IMG/VR virus record: IMGVR_UViG_3300012347_000377
Location: 1 to 64,000 of that record
From: a virus
Taxonomy: Duplodnaviria; Heunggongvirae; Uroviricota; Caudoviricetes
DNA: 64,000 bases
Direction: 5' to 3' (one strand)
The position numbers and the translations under genes were made by a program. Under the pieces are notes generated by a model. The model was not told the DNA's origin. It saw only the letters and a list, made by a program, of their open reading frames with translations, and made no database searches. Position 1 is the first letter of the stretch, and every line of letters starts with the position of its first letter. Of this stretch, positions 9,172 to 18,747 are shown piece after piece.

Positions 9172-10650
9172 ATGAATCCATTATTATTAACCGATGGTTA
9201 TAAGACAGGTCATCACCAACAATACCCAGAGGGAACAACGTTGGTTTATTCAAATTTCACACCCCGCAGTAACAAATATGCACCAACGGGTTGTGATAAT
9301 GTAGTATCGTTTGGTCAACAAATGATTATGAAACAAATTCACGAGGCATTTCAAAATGAATTCTTCTCTAAACCAAAAGAAGAAGTTTGTGGTGAAATGA
9401 AACGTGAGTTAAGTTTGTATTTGGGAACTGATTATGATGTTTCTCATTTTGAAGCATTACATGATTTGGGTTATTTACCAATCATTGTAAAAGGTATTGA
9501 AGAAGGAACATTAGTTCCAATGAGAGTACCAGTATTAACAATCTATAATACATTACCGGAATTTTATTGGGTTACAAATTATTTAGAAACAATCATTTCT
9601 AACTTATTATGGAAACCAATGACATCTGCTACTATTGCTCATACCTATCGTAAGGTATTAACTAAATGGCAAGAAAAAACCGATGCTGAAAAAGGTTGGT
9701 TTGTTGATTGGCAAGGACATGACTTCTCAATGAGAGGAATGGATTCAGTTGAAGCTACAATCGCTAGTGGATTAGGACACTTAACATCATTTAGTGGAAC
9801 TGATAGTTTACCTGCTATTTACGGAGCAAGAAAGTTCTATGGTGAAGAAGGATTCGTTGGAGGTTCGGTAAACGCAACCGAACATAGTGTAATGTGTGCT
9901 GGTTCTAAAGATGATGAAGTTGGAACATTCCGCAGATTGTTAGAAACATATCCAAAAGGTATTTTATCAGTTGTAAGTGATACTTGGGATTTATGGAAAG
10001 TATGCACCGAACATATCGTTACTCTTAAAGAAGAAATCTTAGCAAGAGATGGTAAGTTGGTAATCAGACCTGATAGTGGTGACCCCGTAGATATTCTTTG
10101 TGGATTAGCAAACACCGACAGAGCGGCTAAAGGAGATTCTCATGATAATGCAAACGCAGCTTATAAAGGAGTTATTGAATTACTTTGGGACGTGTTTGGT
10201 GGAACAATCAACGAACAAGGTTACAAAGTATTAGATTCTCACATTGGAGCAATTTATGGTGATAGTATCACAATTGATAGAGCTGATGAGATTTGTAGAA
10301 GATTGGAAGCAAAAGGTTTCGCATCTACAAACGTTGTATTAGGTATTGGTTCATTCACATATCAGTATAACACGAGAGATACATTTGGATTCGCTATGAA
10401 AGCAACCTATGTTGAAGTAAATGGTGAAGGTAGAGAAATCTTCAAAGACCCTATTACTGATGATGGTGTTAAGAAATCAGCCAAAGGTTTATTAAGAGTT
10501 GCGGGAGATGAAACCCATATGTTATTAGAAGACCAATGTACGTGGGAACATGAAACAACTGGTAAATTACAAACCATTTATAAGAATGGTGAGTTTTATA
10601 ATGAAACTACTTTAACTAAAATCAAAGAGAAAATTAAAACAAATAAATAA
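9172..10650 (+). CDS. nadV: nicotinamide phosphoribosyltransferase family protein (NAMPT/NadV-like)
   Basis: N-terminus MNPLLLTDGYKTGHHQQYPEGT... matches NAMPT family start (..ATDSYKVTHYKQYPP..); 492 aa. Confidence 0.8.
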   Translation: MNPLLLTDGYKTGHHQQYPEGTTLVYSNFTPRSNKYAPTGCDNVVSFGQQMIMKQIHEAFQNEFFSKPKEEVCGEMKRELSLYLGTDYDVSHFEALHDLGYLPIIVKGIEEGTLVPMRVPVLTIYNTLPEFYWVTNYLETIISNLLWKPMTSATIAHTYRKVLTKWQEKTDAEKGWFVDWQGHDFSMRGMDSVEATIASGLGHLTSFSGTDSLPAIYGARKFYGEEGFVGGSVNATEHSVMCAGSKDDEVGTFRRLLETYPKGILSVVSDTWDLWKVCTEHIVTLKEEILARDGKLVIRPDSGDPVDILCGLANTDRAAKGDSHDNANAAYKGVIELLWDVFGGTINEQGYKVLDSHIGAIYGDSITIDRADEICRRLEAKGFASTNVVLGIGSFTYQYNTRDTFGFAMKATYVEVNGEGREIFKDPITDDGVKKSAKGLLRVAGDETHMLLEDQCTWEHETTGKLQTIYKNGEFYNETTLTKIKEKIKTNK

Positions 10651-10670
10651 TAATTAAAACACAAAAAAAA

Positions 10671-12545
10671 ATGTTACAAACAATTTTAGGTTACTCATGG
10701 ATATTAATTCCAGTATTAGCATTGGTATTTTACAAATTCATTCTAAGAGTGGTATTTGGTATGGTGATTATTCCAGAAAATAAAATCGGATTAATTACTA
10801 AGAAGTTCGTTTTATTCGGTGCAAACAAATCGTTACCCGATGGAAAGATTATCGCATTGAATGGTGAGCCGGGTTACCAAGCTCAAACTCTTGCTCCTGG
10901 TTTATATTGGGGATATTGGATTTGGCAGTATTCAATTGACCAAGCTAATTTAACGGTTATTGAAAAAGGTAGAATTGGTTTATTATCCGCAAAGGATGGT
11001 GCACAATTACCAACCGGGGCAATCTTAGCTCGTCATATCGAATGTGATAATTTCCAAGATACAAAAGCATTCTTATTAAATGGTGGACAAAGAGGTAAGC
11101 AAGTAAACTATTTGAACAACGGAGTTTATCGTATTAATCCATTCTTATTTGATGTTGCAACTGCTGATATTACAAACATTGAAGATGGGCAAGTTGGTAT
11201 TATTACTGCATTAGATGGAACACCATTGGATAGTGGGAATATTGCGGGAACAACTATTGAAGGACATAATAACTTTCAGGACTTTGATAAGTTCTTAGCA
11301 AATGGTGGACAGAGAGGTTTACAAACACAAGTAGTTCAAGCCGGTAACTATTCATTTAACCCGTGGGCTATTCAAGTGGAGAAAGTAGATATGACTCAAA
11401 TTCCTATTGGACACGTTGGTGTTATTATTTCATATGTTGGTAAAGAGGGTAAAGATACTTCGGGTACAACTTTCAAACATGGTAATATCGTAGGTAAAGG
11501 TGAGAAGGGTGTTTGTGGTGTTCCATTAGACCCAGGTAAATATGCAATCAATCCTTATACTCATAAGATTGAAGTTGTTCCAACTACTAACTTAGTATTG
11601 AATTGGGCAAACGCAAGAAGTGAATCACATAATTTAGATAAAGGATTGAGCACGATTACTGTCCGTTCAAAAGATGGTTTCCCATTCAACTTAGATGTAT
11701 CACAAATTATTCACATTCCTGCAACTGAAGCACCAAAGGTAATTGCACGATTCGGTTCAATGCAGAACTTAGTTTCACAAGTATTAGAACCAACGATTGG
11801 AAACTATTTCCGTAACTCGGCACAAGATAGTGATGTAATCGCGTTCTTATCAACTCGTCAGATGAGACAAGATGCAGCGAAAGTATCCATCTCTAAAGTG
11901 TTAGATGAATATAACGTTCACGCAGTAGATACATTGATTGGTGATATTAACCCACCAGAATCATTAATGAAAACTCTTACTGATAGAAAGATTGCACAAG
12001 AAGAAGAGGTTACATTTGAAACACAACGTAAAGCACAAGACCAACGTAAAACATTGGAATCTGCTAAGGCGTTAGCGGATATGCAAGGACAGATGGTAGC
12101 AGCACAACAATCGGTAGAAATTTCCGAAAGAGAAGCACAGGCATCGGTTAAACGTTCCGAAGGTGAGGCTAAAGCAATTGAGTTAAAAGCAACTGCACAA
12201 GCAAACGCGAAGAAAGTAACTGCTTCTGCAGATGCAGCACAAATCGAATTAGTAGGTGCCGCGGAAGCAACGAAGATTGAAGCAATTGGTAAATCAACCG
12301 CTGAGGCGTATAAGTTACAAGTTGATGCTATGGGTGGTGATAATTTCGCTAAGTTTAAAATTACCGAAGAGATTGGTAAGAACGGAATTAAAATTATTCC
12401 AGAAATCTTAATCAATGGTAATGGTAATGGTTCACCGATTGATGGATTATTAGGAATGGAATTGTTAAAACAAATTCAGGACAAAAAAGATATTCAATCA
12501 ATTGTAGAAACAACAACTGAACCTACATCCAAAAAAAGTAAATAA
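10671..12545 (+). CDS. flotillin/SPFH (band 7) family membrane protein, YqiK-like
   Basis: N-terminal TM helix, repeated NGGQRG...INPF segments, C-terminal Ala/Glu-rich flotillin-type region. Confidence 0.55.
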   Translation: MLQTILGYSWILIPVLALVFYKFILRVVFGMVIIPENKIGLITKKFVLFGANKSLPDGKIIALNGEPGYQAQTLAPGLYWGYWIWQYSIDQANLTVIEKGRIGLLSAKDGAQLPTGAILARHIECDNFQDTKAFLLNGGQRGKQVNYLNNGVYRINPFLFDVATADITNIEDGQVGIITALDGTPLDSGNIAGTTIEGHNNFQDFDKFLANGGQRGLQTQVVQAGNYSFNPWAIQVEKVDMTQIPIGHVGVIISYVGKEGKDTSGTTFKHGNIVGKGEKGVCGVPLDPGKYAINPYTHKIEVVPTTNLVLNWANARSESHNLDKGLSTITVRSKDGFPFNLDVSQIIHIPATEAPKVIARFGSMQNLVSQVLEPTIGNYFRNSAQDSDVIAFLSTRQMRQDAAKVSISKVLDEYNVHAVDTLIGDINPPESLMKTLTDRKIAQEEEVTFETQRKAQDQRKTLESAKALADMQGQMVAAQQSVEISEREAQASVKRSEGEAKAIELKATAQANAKKVTASADAAQIELVGAAEATKIEAIGKSTAEAYKLQVDAMGGDNFAKFKITEEIGKNGIKIIPEILINGNGNGSPIDGLLGMELLKQIQDKKDIQSIVETTTEPTSKKSK

Positions 12546-12548
12546 AAT

Positions 12549-13025
12549 ATGGCATTAGTATTAAAGCCAGGTATGGTAGGGACGGGAGCAATCTCGTCCC
12601 CATCTGTATTTTTAGCAGGTTCTATTGAAATGGGAGTTGCTGAAAATTGGCAAGAAAGAATTGAAAGAGAATTTTCAGATGAAGAACTAACATTCTTTAA
12701 TCCTCGCAGAGATGATTGGGATAGTAGTTGGTCACAAACTGGAGAACAATTTAACACACAAGTAAATTGGGAATTAAATGCATTAGATGATTCAGATATT
12801 ATCTTTATGTATTTTTCACCCGAAACTAAATCACCAATTTCTTTATTAGAATTGGGATTATATGCAGATTCACAAAAAATGATTGTAGTTTGTCCAGATG
12901 GATTTTGGAGAAAGGGTAATGTGAGTGTGGTGTGTACAAGAAATAATATACCAATGTTTAATACAATCGAAGAGGGTATATTTGCATTAAGAACATCTGT
13001 TAGAAAAAATCAAAAATTATATTAG
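12549..13025 (+). CDS. nucleoside 2-deoxyribosyltransferase-like Rossmann protein
   Basis: VFLAGS..., ...SLLELGLY... pattern reminiscent of the NDT-like family; weak. Confidence 0.3.
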   Translation: MALVLKPGMVGTGAISSPSVFLAGSIEMGVAENWQERIEREFSDEELTFFNPRRDDWDSSWSQTGEQFNTQVNWELNALDDSDIIFMYFSPETKSPISLLELGLYADSQKMIVVCPDGFWRKGNVSVVCTRNNIPMFNTIEEGIFALRTSVRKNQKLY

Positions 13026-13053
13026 GATATATCAAAAATATTTTGTATATTTG
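13021..13053 (+). promoter_or_regulatory. phage promoter (attagg variant of -33, -7 TATATTTG)
   Basis: attaggatatatcaaaaatattttgtatatttg. Confidence 0.45.
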
Positions 13054-13079
13054 TAATATAAATTAATAAGATATAAAAG

Positions 13080-13526
13080 ATGAATGATAAAATTGTAGGA
13101 TTTACGTGTAGCACATTTGATTTACTTCATACTGGTCATATTTTGATGTTAGAAGAAGCTAAATCTCAATGTGATTATTTAATTTGTGGATTACAGATAG
13201 ACCCAACGGTAGATAGACCTCAAAAGAATTCACCGGTTCAATCGTATTACGAACGTTTTATTCAATTGAGTGCAGTTAAATATGTGGATGCAATTATACC
13301 ATATACGACCGAAGAAGAATTGATGACAATATTACAAACAAACGATATTGATATTAGAATATTGGGTGATGAGTATGAAAGAAAACTATTCACTGGTTCT
13401 AATTTAGATATGGATTATTACTTTAATAAACGAACTCACAATTATAGCACAACCGAATTACGAAAACGAGTTGCATTAAAGGAATCTCAATTAGGAGGAA
13501 GTGAAACTGATAATACTAAACAATAA
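13080..13526 (+). CDS. cytidylyltransferase-like nucleotidyltransferase (HxGH); candidate NMN adenylyltransferase
   Basis: GFTCSTFDLLHTGHILMLEEAK is the (T/H)xGH nucleotidyltransferase signature. Confidence 0.5.
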   Translation: MNDKIVGFTCSTFDLLHTGHILMLEEAKSQCDYLICGLQIDPTVDRPQKNSPVQSYYERFIQLSAVKYVDAIIPYTTEEELMTILQTNDIDIRILGDEYERKLFTGSNLDMDYYFNKRTHNYSTTELRKRVALKESQLGGSETDNTKQ

Positions 13527-13532
13527 TAAGAA

Positions 13533-14672
13533 ATGGAAAACTTAAATTCAGTTTGCTACGTAGCAACGATTAATGAAATCAAACCAATCGAAGGTGCTGA
13601 CAACATCGAACTTGTAATAGCAGGTGGATGGAATGCAATCACAAAGAAAGGTGAATTTAAAGTAGGTGATACAACCATCATCGCAACTACTGATGCAGTT
13701 ATACCAGAATCACTTTCCGAAGAAATGGGAGTTACAAACTATCTTCGTAAAGGTAATAGAGTTAGGACTGTGAAGTTAAGAGGTGTATATTCAGAATGTT
13801 TGATTATACCAAAGCAGTATCTAATGGGTAATGTGACAATGGGTGATTATGATTTGGGTGAAGGTAGTGATTGTATGGAGTTCTTAGGGATTACTAAATT
13901 CGAACCACCAGTTAAGATGGTTCAATTAGCAAGTGGTAAAAAGATTCGTTATCAAGATAATCCAAACTTTCATGTCTATTATAAGTTTCCTAACTTAAAG
14001 AATGTACCTGATATGTTTACTAACAATGATTTAGTAGAAATCACTCGTAAGATACATGGAACTAATGCTCGATATGGTATTGTTAAAAAGAACAAATTAT
14101 CATTATTTGATAAGCTTAAGAAATTCTTTGGATTTGCCGATAAGTGGATTGATTACGAATTCGTAGTTGGTTCTCATAACGTAGAGAAAGGTTCAGACTC
14201 CAATGGGTTCTATGATACTAATGTTTGGTATGAAATTGAAAAGAAATACAACATCAAACAAAAATTATGGGATTACGTTAAAAATGAAAACGTTTATATT
14301 GGTGATGGTATTACCTTATATGGTGAGATTTACGGAGCGGGAATCCAAAAGGGATATGAGTATGGGTTAAAAGATATTGAGTTCGTAGGATTCGATGTAA
14401 AGGAGTGTGGTGAGTATTTAAGTACCTACAATGCTTGGAGGGTAATTAAAAATGAATTAGAATTACCTTATGTTGAAATTTTACACTTCGGTGATTGGTC
14501 ACAAGAAATACAAGATTCTTTTGTATTTAATAACTTTATCGAAGGAACAAAAGTTCCACATGAAGGAATTGTAATCAAATACCACACAGGTGAAAGACCA
14601 AAGATTGCTAAGGTAATCAACCCTGATTATTTAATCTTTGCAGAAAAACACAATGTGGGGGATTCCCATTAA
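13533..14672 (+). CDS. ATP-dependent RNA ligase, Rnl2-like, with extra N-terminal domain
   Basis: Motif I KIHGTN, motif IV EGIVIK, motif V IAKVIN in canonical order. Confidence 0.65.
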   Translation: MENLNSVCYVATINEIKPIEGADNIELVIAGGWNAITKKGEFKVGDTTIIATTDAVIPESLSEEMGVTNYLRKGNRVRTVKLRGVYSECLIIPKQYLMGNVTMGDYDLGEGSDCMEFLGITKFEPPVKMVQLASGKKIRYQDNPNFHVYYKFPNLKNVPDMFTNNDLVEITRKIHGTNARYGIVKKNKLSLFDKLKKFFGFADKWIDYEFVVGSHNVEKGSDSNGFYDTNVWYEIEKKYNIKQKLWDYVKNENVYIGDGITLYGEIYGAGIQKGYEYGLKDIEFVGFDVKECGEYLSTYNAWRVIKNELELPYVEILHFGDWSQEIQDSFVFNNFIEGTKVPHEGIVIKYHTGERPKIAKVINPDYLIFAEKHNVGDSH

Positions 14673-14686
14673 TAATTAAAACAATT

Positions 14687-15094
14687 ATGAAACAGAGAAT
14701 TTATTTAGATGATGTTAGAACTCCCGTTGGAGATGGATGGACAATAGTTAGAAACTATGACCAATTCATATCTACCATTCAATATATTGGATTAGAAAAT
14801 ATTGAACTAATATCATTAGACCACGATTTGGGAGATTCGGCAATGAAAGAATGGCATTATGGTGTGACTAAAAATTATGCTATTAACTATGACAACATTA
14901 CAGAAAAGACTGGAATGGATTGCACCAAATGGTTAGTTAATCAATGGTTAGATGGACAACCGGTAGTGGATGTAGTAGTCCATTCAGCAAACGCAATTGG
15001 TTCTGCTAATATGATGGGGTATATAAACAATTATAGACATTTGAATAGACTACCACAAAATTGTGTAAGAGTTCAAATAGAACATACCGTTTAA
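14687..15094 (+). CDS. hypothetical protein (135 aa)
   Basis: ORF. Confidence 0.45.
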   Translation: MKQRIYLDDVRTPVGDGWTIVRNYDQFISTIQYIGLENIELISLDHDLGDSAMKEWHYGVTKNYAINYDNITEKTGMDCTKWLVNQWLDGQPVVDVVVHSANAIGSANMMGYINNYRHLNRLPQNCVRVQIEHTV

Positions 15095-15102
15095 AAATTA
15101 CG

Positions 15103-15261
15103 ATGATGATGTTTATTACAATGTTAGTTATACTTTTTTTATGGCTTGCATATGCAGGATGGTCTGCACCTCTTATGAGAGAAAACAAAGATGGAAGTTG
15201 GACAACGATTCAACCACAAAAACGATTTAAAGATTTATTTAAAAAATCTAAAAAGAAATAA
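15103..15261 (+). CDS. small membrane protein (52 aa)
   Basis: ORF 15061-15261 trimmed to ATGATGATG start; hydrophobic. Confidence 0.3.
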   Translation: MMMFITMLVILFLWLAYAGWSAPLMRENKDGSWTTIQPQKRFKDLFKKSKKK

Positions 15262-15539
15262 TGAATAATCAATATAAAATATATAGACAATCTTATTTGG
15301 ATGAATATGGTGTAGAGAGTTCAATATCATATTATATCAGAGAACGTAAAAACTTTTTAGGTATTTCATATTGGAAATCTATAAAACATGAGGTATGTGG
15401 ATATGGTGATTGCTATAATGTGAGAACCCAATTTAAATCAGTAGAAGAAGCCGAAACCTTTGTTAAGGAAAAACTTTGCACAAAGATTGGTAAGGATAAG
15501 TGGGTAGAGAAAGAAGTAAAACAATTAAGTTGTAATTAA
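15261..15539 (+). CDS. hypothetical protein (92 aa)
   Basis: ORF. Confidence 0.45.
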   Translation: MNNQYKIYRQSYLDEYGVESSISYYIRERKNFLGISYWKSIKHEVCGYGDCYNVRTQFKSVEEAETFVKEKLCTKIGKDKWVEKEVKQLSCN

Positions 15540-15540
15540 A

Positions 15541-16122
15541 ATGAAAGTAATATTTTTAGACCACGATGGTGTTATATGTTTAGCAACTGAATGGGGTGGT
15601 AGATTTAAGAAACAAACTGAAGTGGGTAGAAAATTATCCCAATCAGTTACGTCTTTACCCACCGATGCACGTTTTGATAATTTCAATAAAAAAGCAATTG
15701 TAATATTAAATGAAATATTAGAAGAAACTAACGCTGAGATTGTTGTATCATCTGATTGGAAAAGATGGGCAAGTGTTGAGGAGATGGGTGAATATTATGA
15801 ATCACAAGGAATCAAAAAGAAACCAATAGCATTTACCAAAAATTTAAGTGAGTGTGATGTACCTGAAAATTTCGTATGGTCACGTAAATGGGATTTGGAA
15901 CAAACTCGCTCGTTAGAAATTAATCAATACCTTAGAGATAATCCAAGTATTACTCATTGGGTTGCAGTAGATGATTTGAATATGGGAATACCTCAAACAC
16001 ATGAATCGTGGGGTGATATGGAAATGGATTGGGGATTAACTAACTTTGTTCTAACACCGAGAAGTAGAGAAGGAATTAAACAAAGTGGTATTAAAGAAAA
16101 AATATTAGAATTTCTAAAATAA
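15541..16122 (+). CDS. HAD-superfamily phosphatase
   Basis: Motif I FLDHDGVI at N-terminus, VAVDD near C-terminus. Confidence 0.5.
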   Translation: MKVIFLDHDGVICLATEWGGRFKKQTEVGRKLSQSVTSLPTDARFDNFNKKAIVILNEILEETNAEIVVSSDWKRWASVEEMGEYYESQGIKKKPIAFTKNLSECDVPENFVWSRKWDLEQTRSLEINQYLRDNPSITHWVAVDDLNMGIPQTHESWGDMEMDWGLTNFVLTPRSREGIKQSGIKEKILEFLK

Positions 16123-16126
16123 TATT

Positions 16127-16897
16127 ATGCCGGAATTAGCAGAACTACGTCTTACCGCAGATTATATCAATCAAACTGCAAAGGGTAAAATTTTTCATAG
16201 TGTAAGAAAGAATCCAACTCACAAATGTCCTGAAATATCGGAAGAGTTGGATTTTCCTTTTACCATTAAAGCAGAAAGTAAAGGTAAAGAATTGATGCTT
16301 GAAATTACGCCACAACTAATGGATGGTGAAAAAAAATACTTAATGATGACAATGGGTATGAGTGGTCATTTCAAATGGTTAGTAGAAGGAACTACTCATA
16401 AACATGCACATTTAATATTTAATTCTGATGGAGGTTCTTTGGCTTTTGTAGATGTTAGAAGATTTGGTAAATGGAAATGGGGAAGTTGGGGTAATGATAG
16501 AGGACCAGACCCTACCACCGATTTTCAAAACTTTATTCGTAATATTAAAAATAACCTACATAAGAACGATTTTAATAAACCAATATGTGAAGTTCTGATG
16601 AATCAAAAATACTTCAATGGTATTGGTAATTATTTGAGAGCAGAAATATTATATAGAGTTAATGTAAATCCATTTATTCCAGCAAGAGAAGCATTAACAT
16701 CTCATTCTGAAATTTATGAATTATGTAGATGGGCACCATTACAAGCTTATAAATTAGGGGGTGGTGTAGTTGAATCATATAGACAAATGTTGAATAGTTG
16801 GGAAGAATTCATTCTATGTTATAATCGACCAAATATGAGTAAAGTGAAAGATAAAAATGGAAGAACATTTTGGTATGATAAAAAATGGGATATTTAA
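16127..16897 (+). CDS. nei: Fpg/Nei-family DNA glycosylase (endonuclease VIII-like)
   Basis: N-terminal MPELAEL (catalytic Pro2/Glu3); H2TH motif NGIGNYLRAEILYRV. Confidence 0.75.
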   Translation: MPELAELRLTADYINQTAKGKIFHSVRKNPTHKCPEISEELDFPFTIKAESKGKELMLEITPQLMDGEKKYLMMTMGMSGHFKWLVEGTTHKHAHLIFNSDGGSLAFVDVRRFGKWKWGSWGNDRGPDPTTDFQNFIRNIKNNLHKNDFNKPICEVLMNQKYFNGIGNYLRAEILYRVNVNPFIPAREALTSHSEIYELCRWAPLQAYKLGGGVVESYRQMLNSWEEFILCYNRPNMSKVKDKNGRTFWYDKKWDI

Positions 16898-16910
16898 TAA
16901 AAAAGGAATT

Positions 16911-17471
16911 ATGATAAAATTAAAAGATTTAATAACCGAAAAGAAAACTGGTTATGATTACGGATGTGTAATGTTATATTTTACACCAAACGAAGATGTA
17001 GTTAAATTTCAAAATCAAATATCACCATCTGATTTGTATATTGCAGAAGATAATGGTGGATATGGAATTGAAGATGAAGCACATTGCACCTTATTGTATG
17101 GATTACATGAAGAAGTTAAGTTAGAAACGATTTCACAAATATTGAATAGAATTCAATTTGGAGAATGTAAAATTCATAACCCATCTCTTTTTGAAAACGA
17201 AAAGTTTGATGTTCTTAAATTTGATGTAGGCTATCCATCCAAAGGTGGTGCGTTTTTACATAAAGCAAATACGGAATTGGTAAAACTACCAAACACTCAA
17301 ACATATCCAGATTACCACCCACATATGACAGTTGCATATTTAAAACCGGGAATGGGTAAAAAGTATGTTGATATGTTAAATGGTAAAGTAAATACGTTTA
17401 TACTTAATCCTACACACGCAGTGTATTCACAGCCGGATGGTAGTAAAACTGAAATCAAAATAAATAAGTAA
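16911..17471 (+). CDS. 2H phosphoesterase (LigT/CPDase-like)
   Basis: Two H-x-T-x motifs: HCTLL and HMTVA. Confidence 0.5.
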   Translation: MIKLKDLITEKKTGYDYGCVMLYFTPNEDVVKFQNQISPSDLYIAEDNGGYGIEDEAHCTLLYGLHEEVKLETISQILNRIQFGECKIHNPSLFENEKFDVLKFDVGYPSKGGAFLHKANTELVKLPNTQTYPDYHPHMTVAYLKPGMGKKYVDMLNGKVNTFILNPTHAVYSQPDGSKTEIKINK

Positions 17472-17741
17472 ATGAAAAAACAAATTATTATACAACTTAT
17501 TAGTTTTATTTTAACAACAATAGTTACATATGGTATTATAAAAATGTTAGAACCGAAACCTAATCAAGCAATCCAATCGAATGTATTAGAAACCGAAAGA
17601 AAAATCGATTCATTGGAAACTGAATTGTTTCAAGCACAATCTATAAATGGTAGATATGAATTATCAGTAGAACATTTATACGAAACTAATCCATCAGTTG
17701 CAAGAGAATTTGATGAATACTTTAATAATGAAACCGAATAA
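17472..17741 (+). CDS. small membrane/coiled-coil protein
   Basis: TAAATG junction; N-terminal TM helix. Confidence 0.45.
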   Translation: MKKQIIIQLISFILTTIVTYGIIKMLEPKPNQAIQSNVLETERKIDSLETELFQAQSINGRYELSVEHLYETNPSVAREFDEYFNNETE

Positions 17742-17743
17742 CT

Positions 17744-18079
17744 ATGGTCACTATATCTGATAAAGCATTAAATCACGTTCTTTCACTAATGAAAGATAGT
17801 GGATTATCAACTGAAACACACAACCTAAGAGTTGGTGTTAAAGGTGGAGGGTGTTCCGGTTTATCCTATACAATGGATTTTGATGAAGTAATTGATACTA
17901 CAACCGATGATGTGGTTGAAGTTAGTAATGGATTGAAGATTGTAATAGATAGAAAATCCCTTTTATACTTAATTGGAACTGAATTGAATTATTCAGATGG
18001 ACTGAATGGTAAGGGATTTGAATGGATTAACCCCAATGCATCACGAACTTGTGGATGTGGGGAATCCTTTTCTCTTTAA
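17744..18079 (+). CDS. iscA: IscA/HesB-type iron-sulfur cluster insertion protein
   Basis: GGGCSG and C-terminal CGCGESF signature. Confidence 0.8.
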   Translation: MVTISDKALNHVLSLMKDSGLSTETHNLRVGVKGGGCSGLSYTMDFDEVIDTTTDDVVEVSNGLKIVIDRKSLLYLIGTELNYSDGLNGKGFEWINPNASRTCGCGESFSL

Positions 18080-18419
18080 TCTAACTTCAAAGGTTCGGTG
18101 TGTTGACGATGTCCTTTACCGGAAACCTTACTATAAGTTTTAGATAATCCAGCACCTAAAGTTGTGCATACTAAAAATAATCCTATTAATAAATTTATCA
18201 TAATAATTGTGTTTTTTTAATATAAATATCAACAAGCAACACTAAAAACTAACAAAAACGTAATATTGTTAGTAAGTTGATGAAGATACTTTATATAATA
18301 CAATTTTATCATATTGGAATAGTTATACAAATAATTCACTATAAGTAAATTTATTTGTTTTTATTGAATTATTATATTTATAGTGGTAGAATTAACTAAA
18401 ACAAAAAAAGGATTATATT

Positions 18420-18629
18420 ATGGCACAAGGACAATATTGTATCGTGGATTTAACGATTGATGGTAATGTAGCATTAGAAGGATTGACTGGATTAACATCT
18501 GAAGCTGCTGAAGCTTGGTTAGCAGAAAATCAAGTAGAAGTACCTGAGTTTGATGTAGAAGCAGGTAAATCAACTTCAAAATTCGCTATGGCACCGGATA
18601 ACTGGGTAACTGATGAAGATTTAGCTTAA
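18420..18629 (+). CDS. hypothetical acidic protein (69 aa)
   Basis: ORF followed by terminator. Confidence 0.4.
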   Translation: MAQGQYCIVDLTIDGNVALEGLTGLTSEAAEAWLAENQVEVPEFDVEAGKSTSKFAMAPDNWVTDEDLA

Positions 18630-18655
18630 TTGTTAATATATCTTACACACATCAT

Positions 18656-18688
18656 AACCCATTGAATTTCAATGGGTTATTTTTTTAT
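18656..18688 (+). terminator. rho-independent terminator (AACCCATTGAA...TTCAATGGGTT family)
   Basis: Perfect hairpin plus T-run; near-identical hairpins at 33476 and 40875. Confidence 0.65.
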
Positions 18689-18696
18689 CTAAAATA

Positions 18697-18728
18697 TTTG
18701 GAAATATCAATTTTTATTCGTATCTTTG
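18697..18728 (+). promoter_or_regulatory. phage promoter (-33 TTTG / -7 TATCTTTG)
   Basis: atttggaaatatcaatttttattcgtatctttg. Confidence 0.55.
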
Positions 18729-18747
18729 ACTTATAATAATAAAAGAA

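Noticed and set aside
12549-13025. Stronger call of the 158-aa ORF as an NAD-pathway enzyme
   Set aside because: Only a loose resemblance to nucleoside deoxyribosyltransferase-like Rossmann proteins; kept as low-confidence annotation rather than a pathway member
18076-18201. Possible 41-aa hydrophobic ORF on the minus strand convergent with iscA
   Set aside because: Would be the only minus-strand gene in 64 kb, has no recognisable promoter and is very short; probably chance
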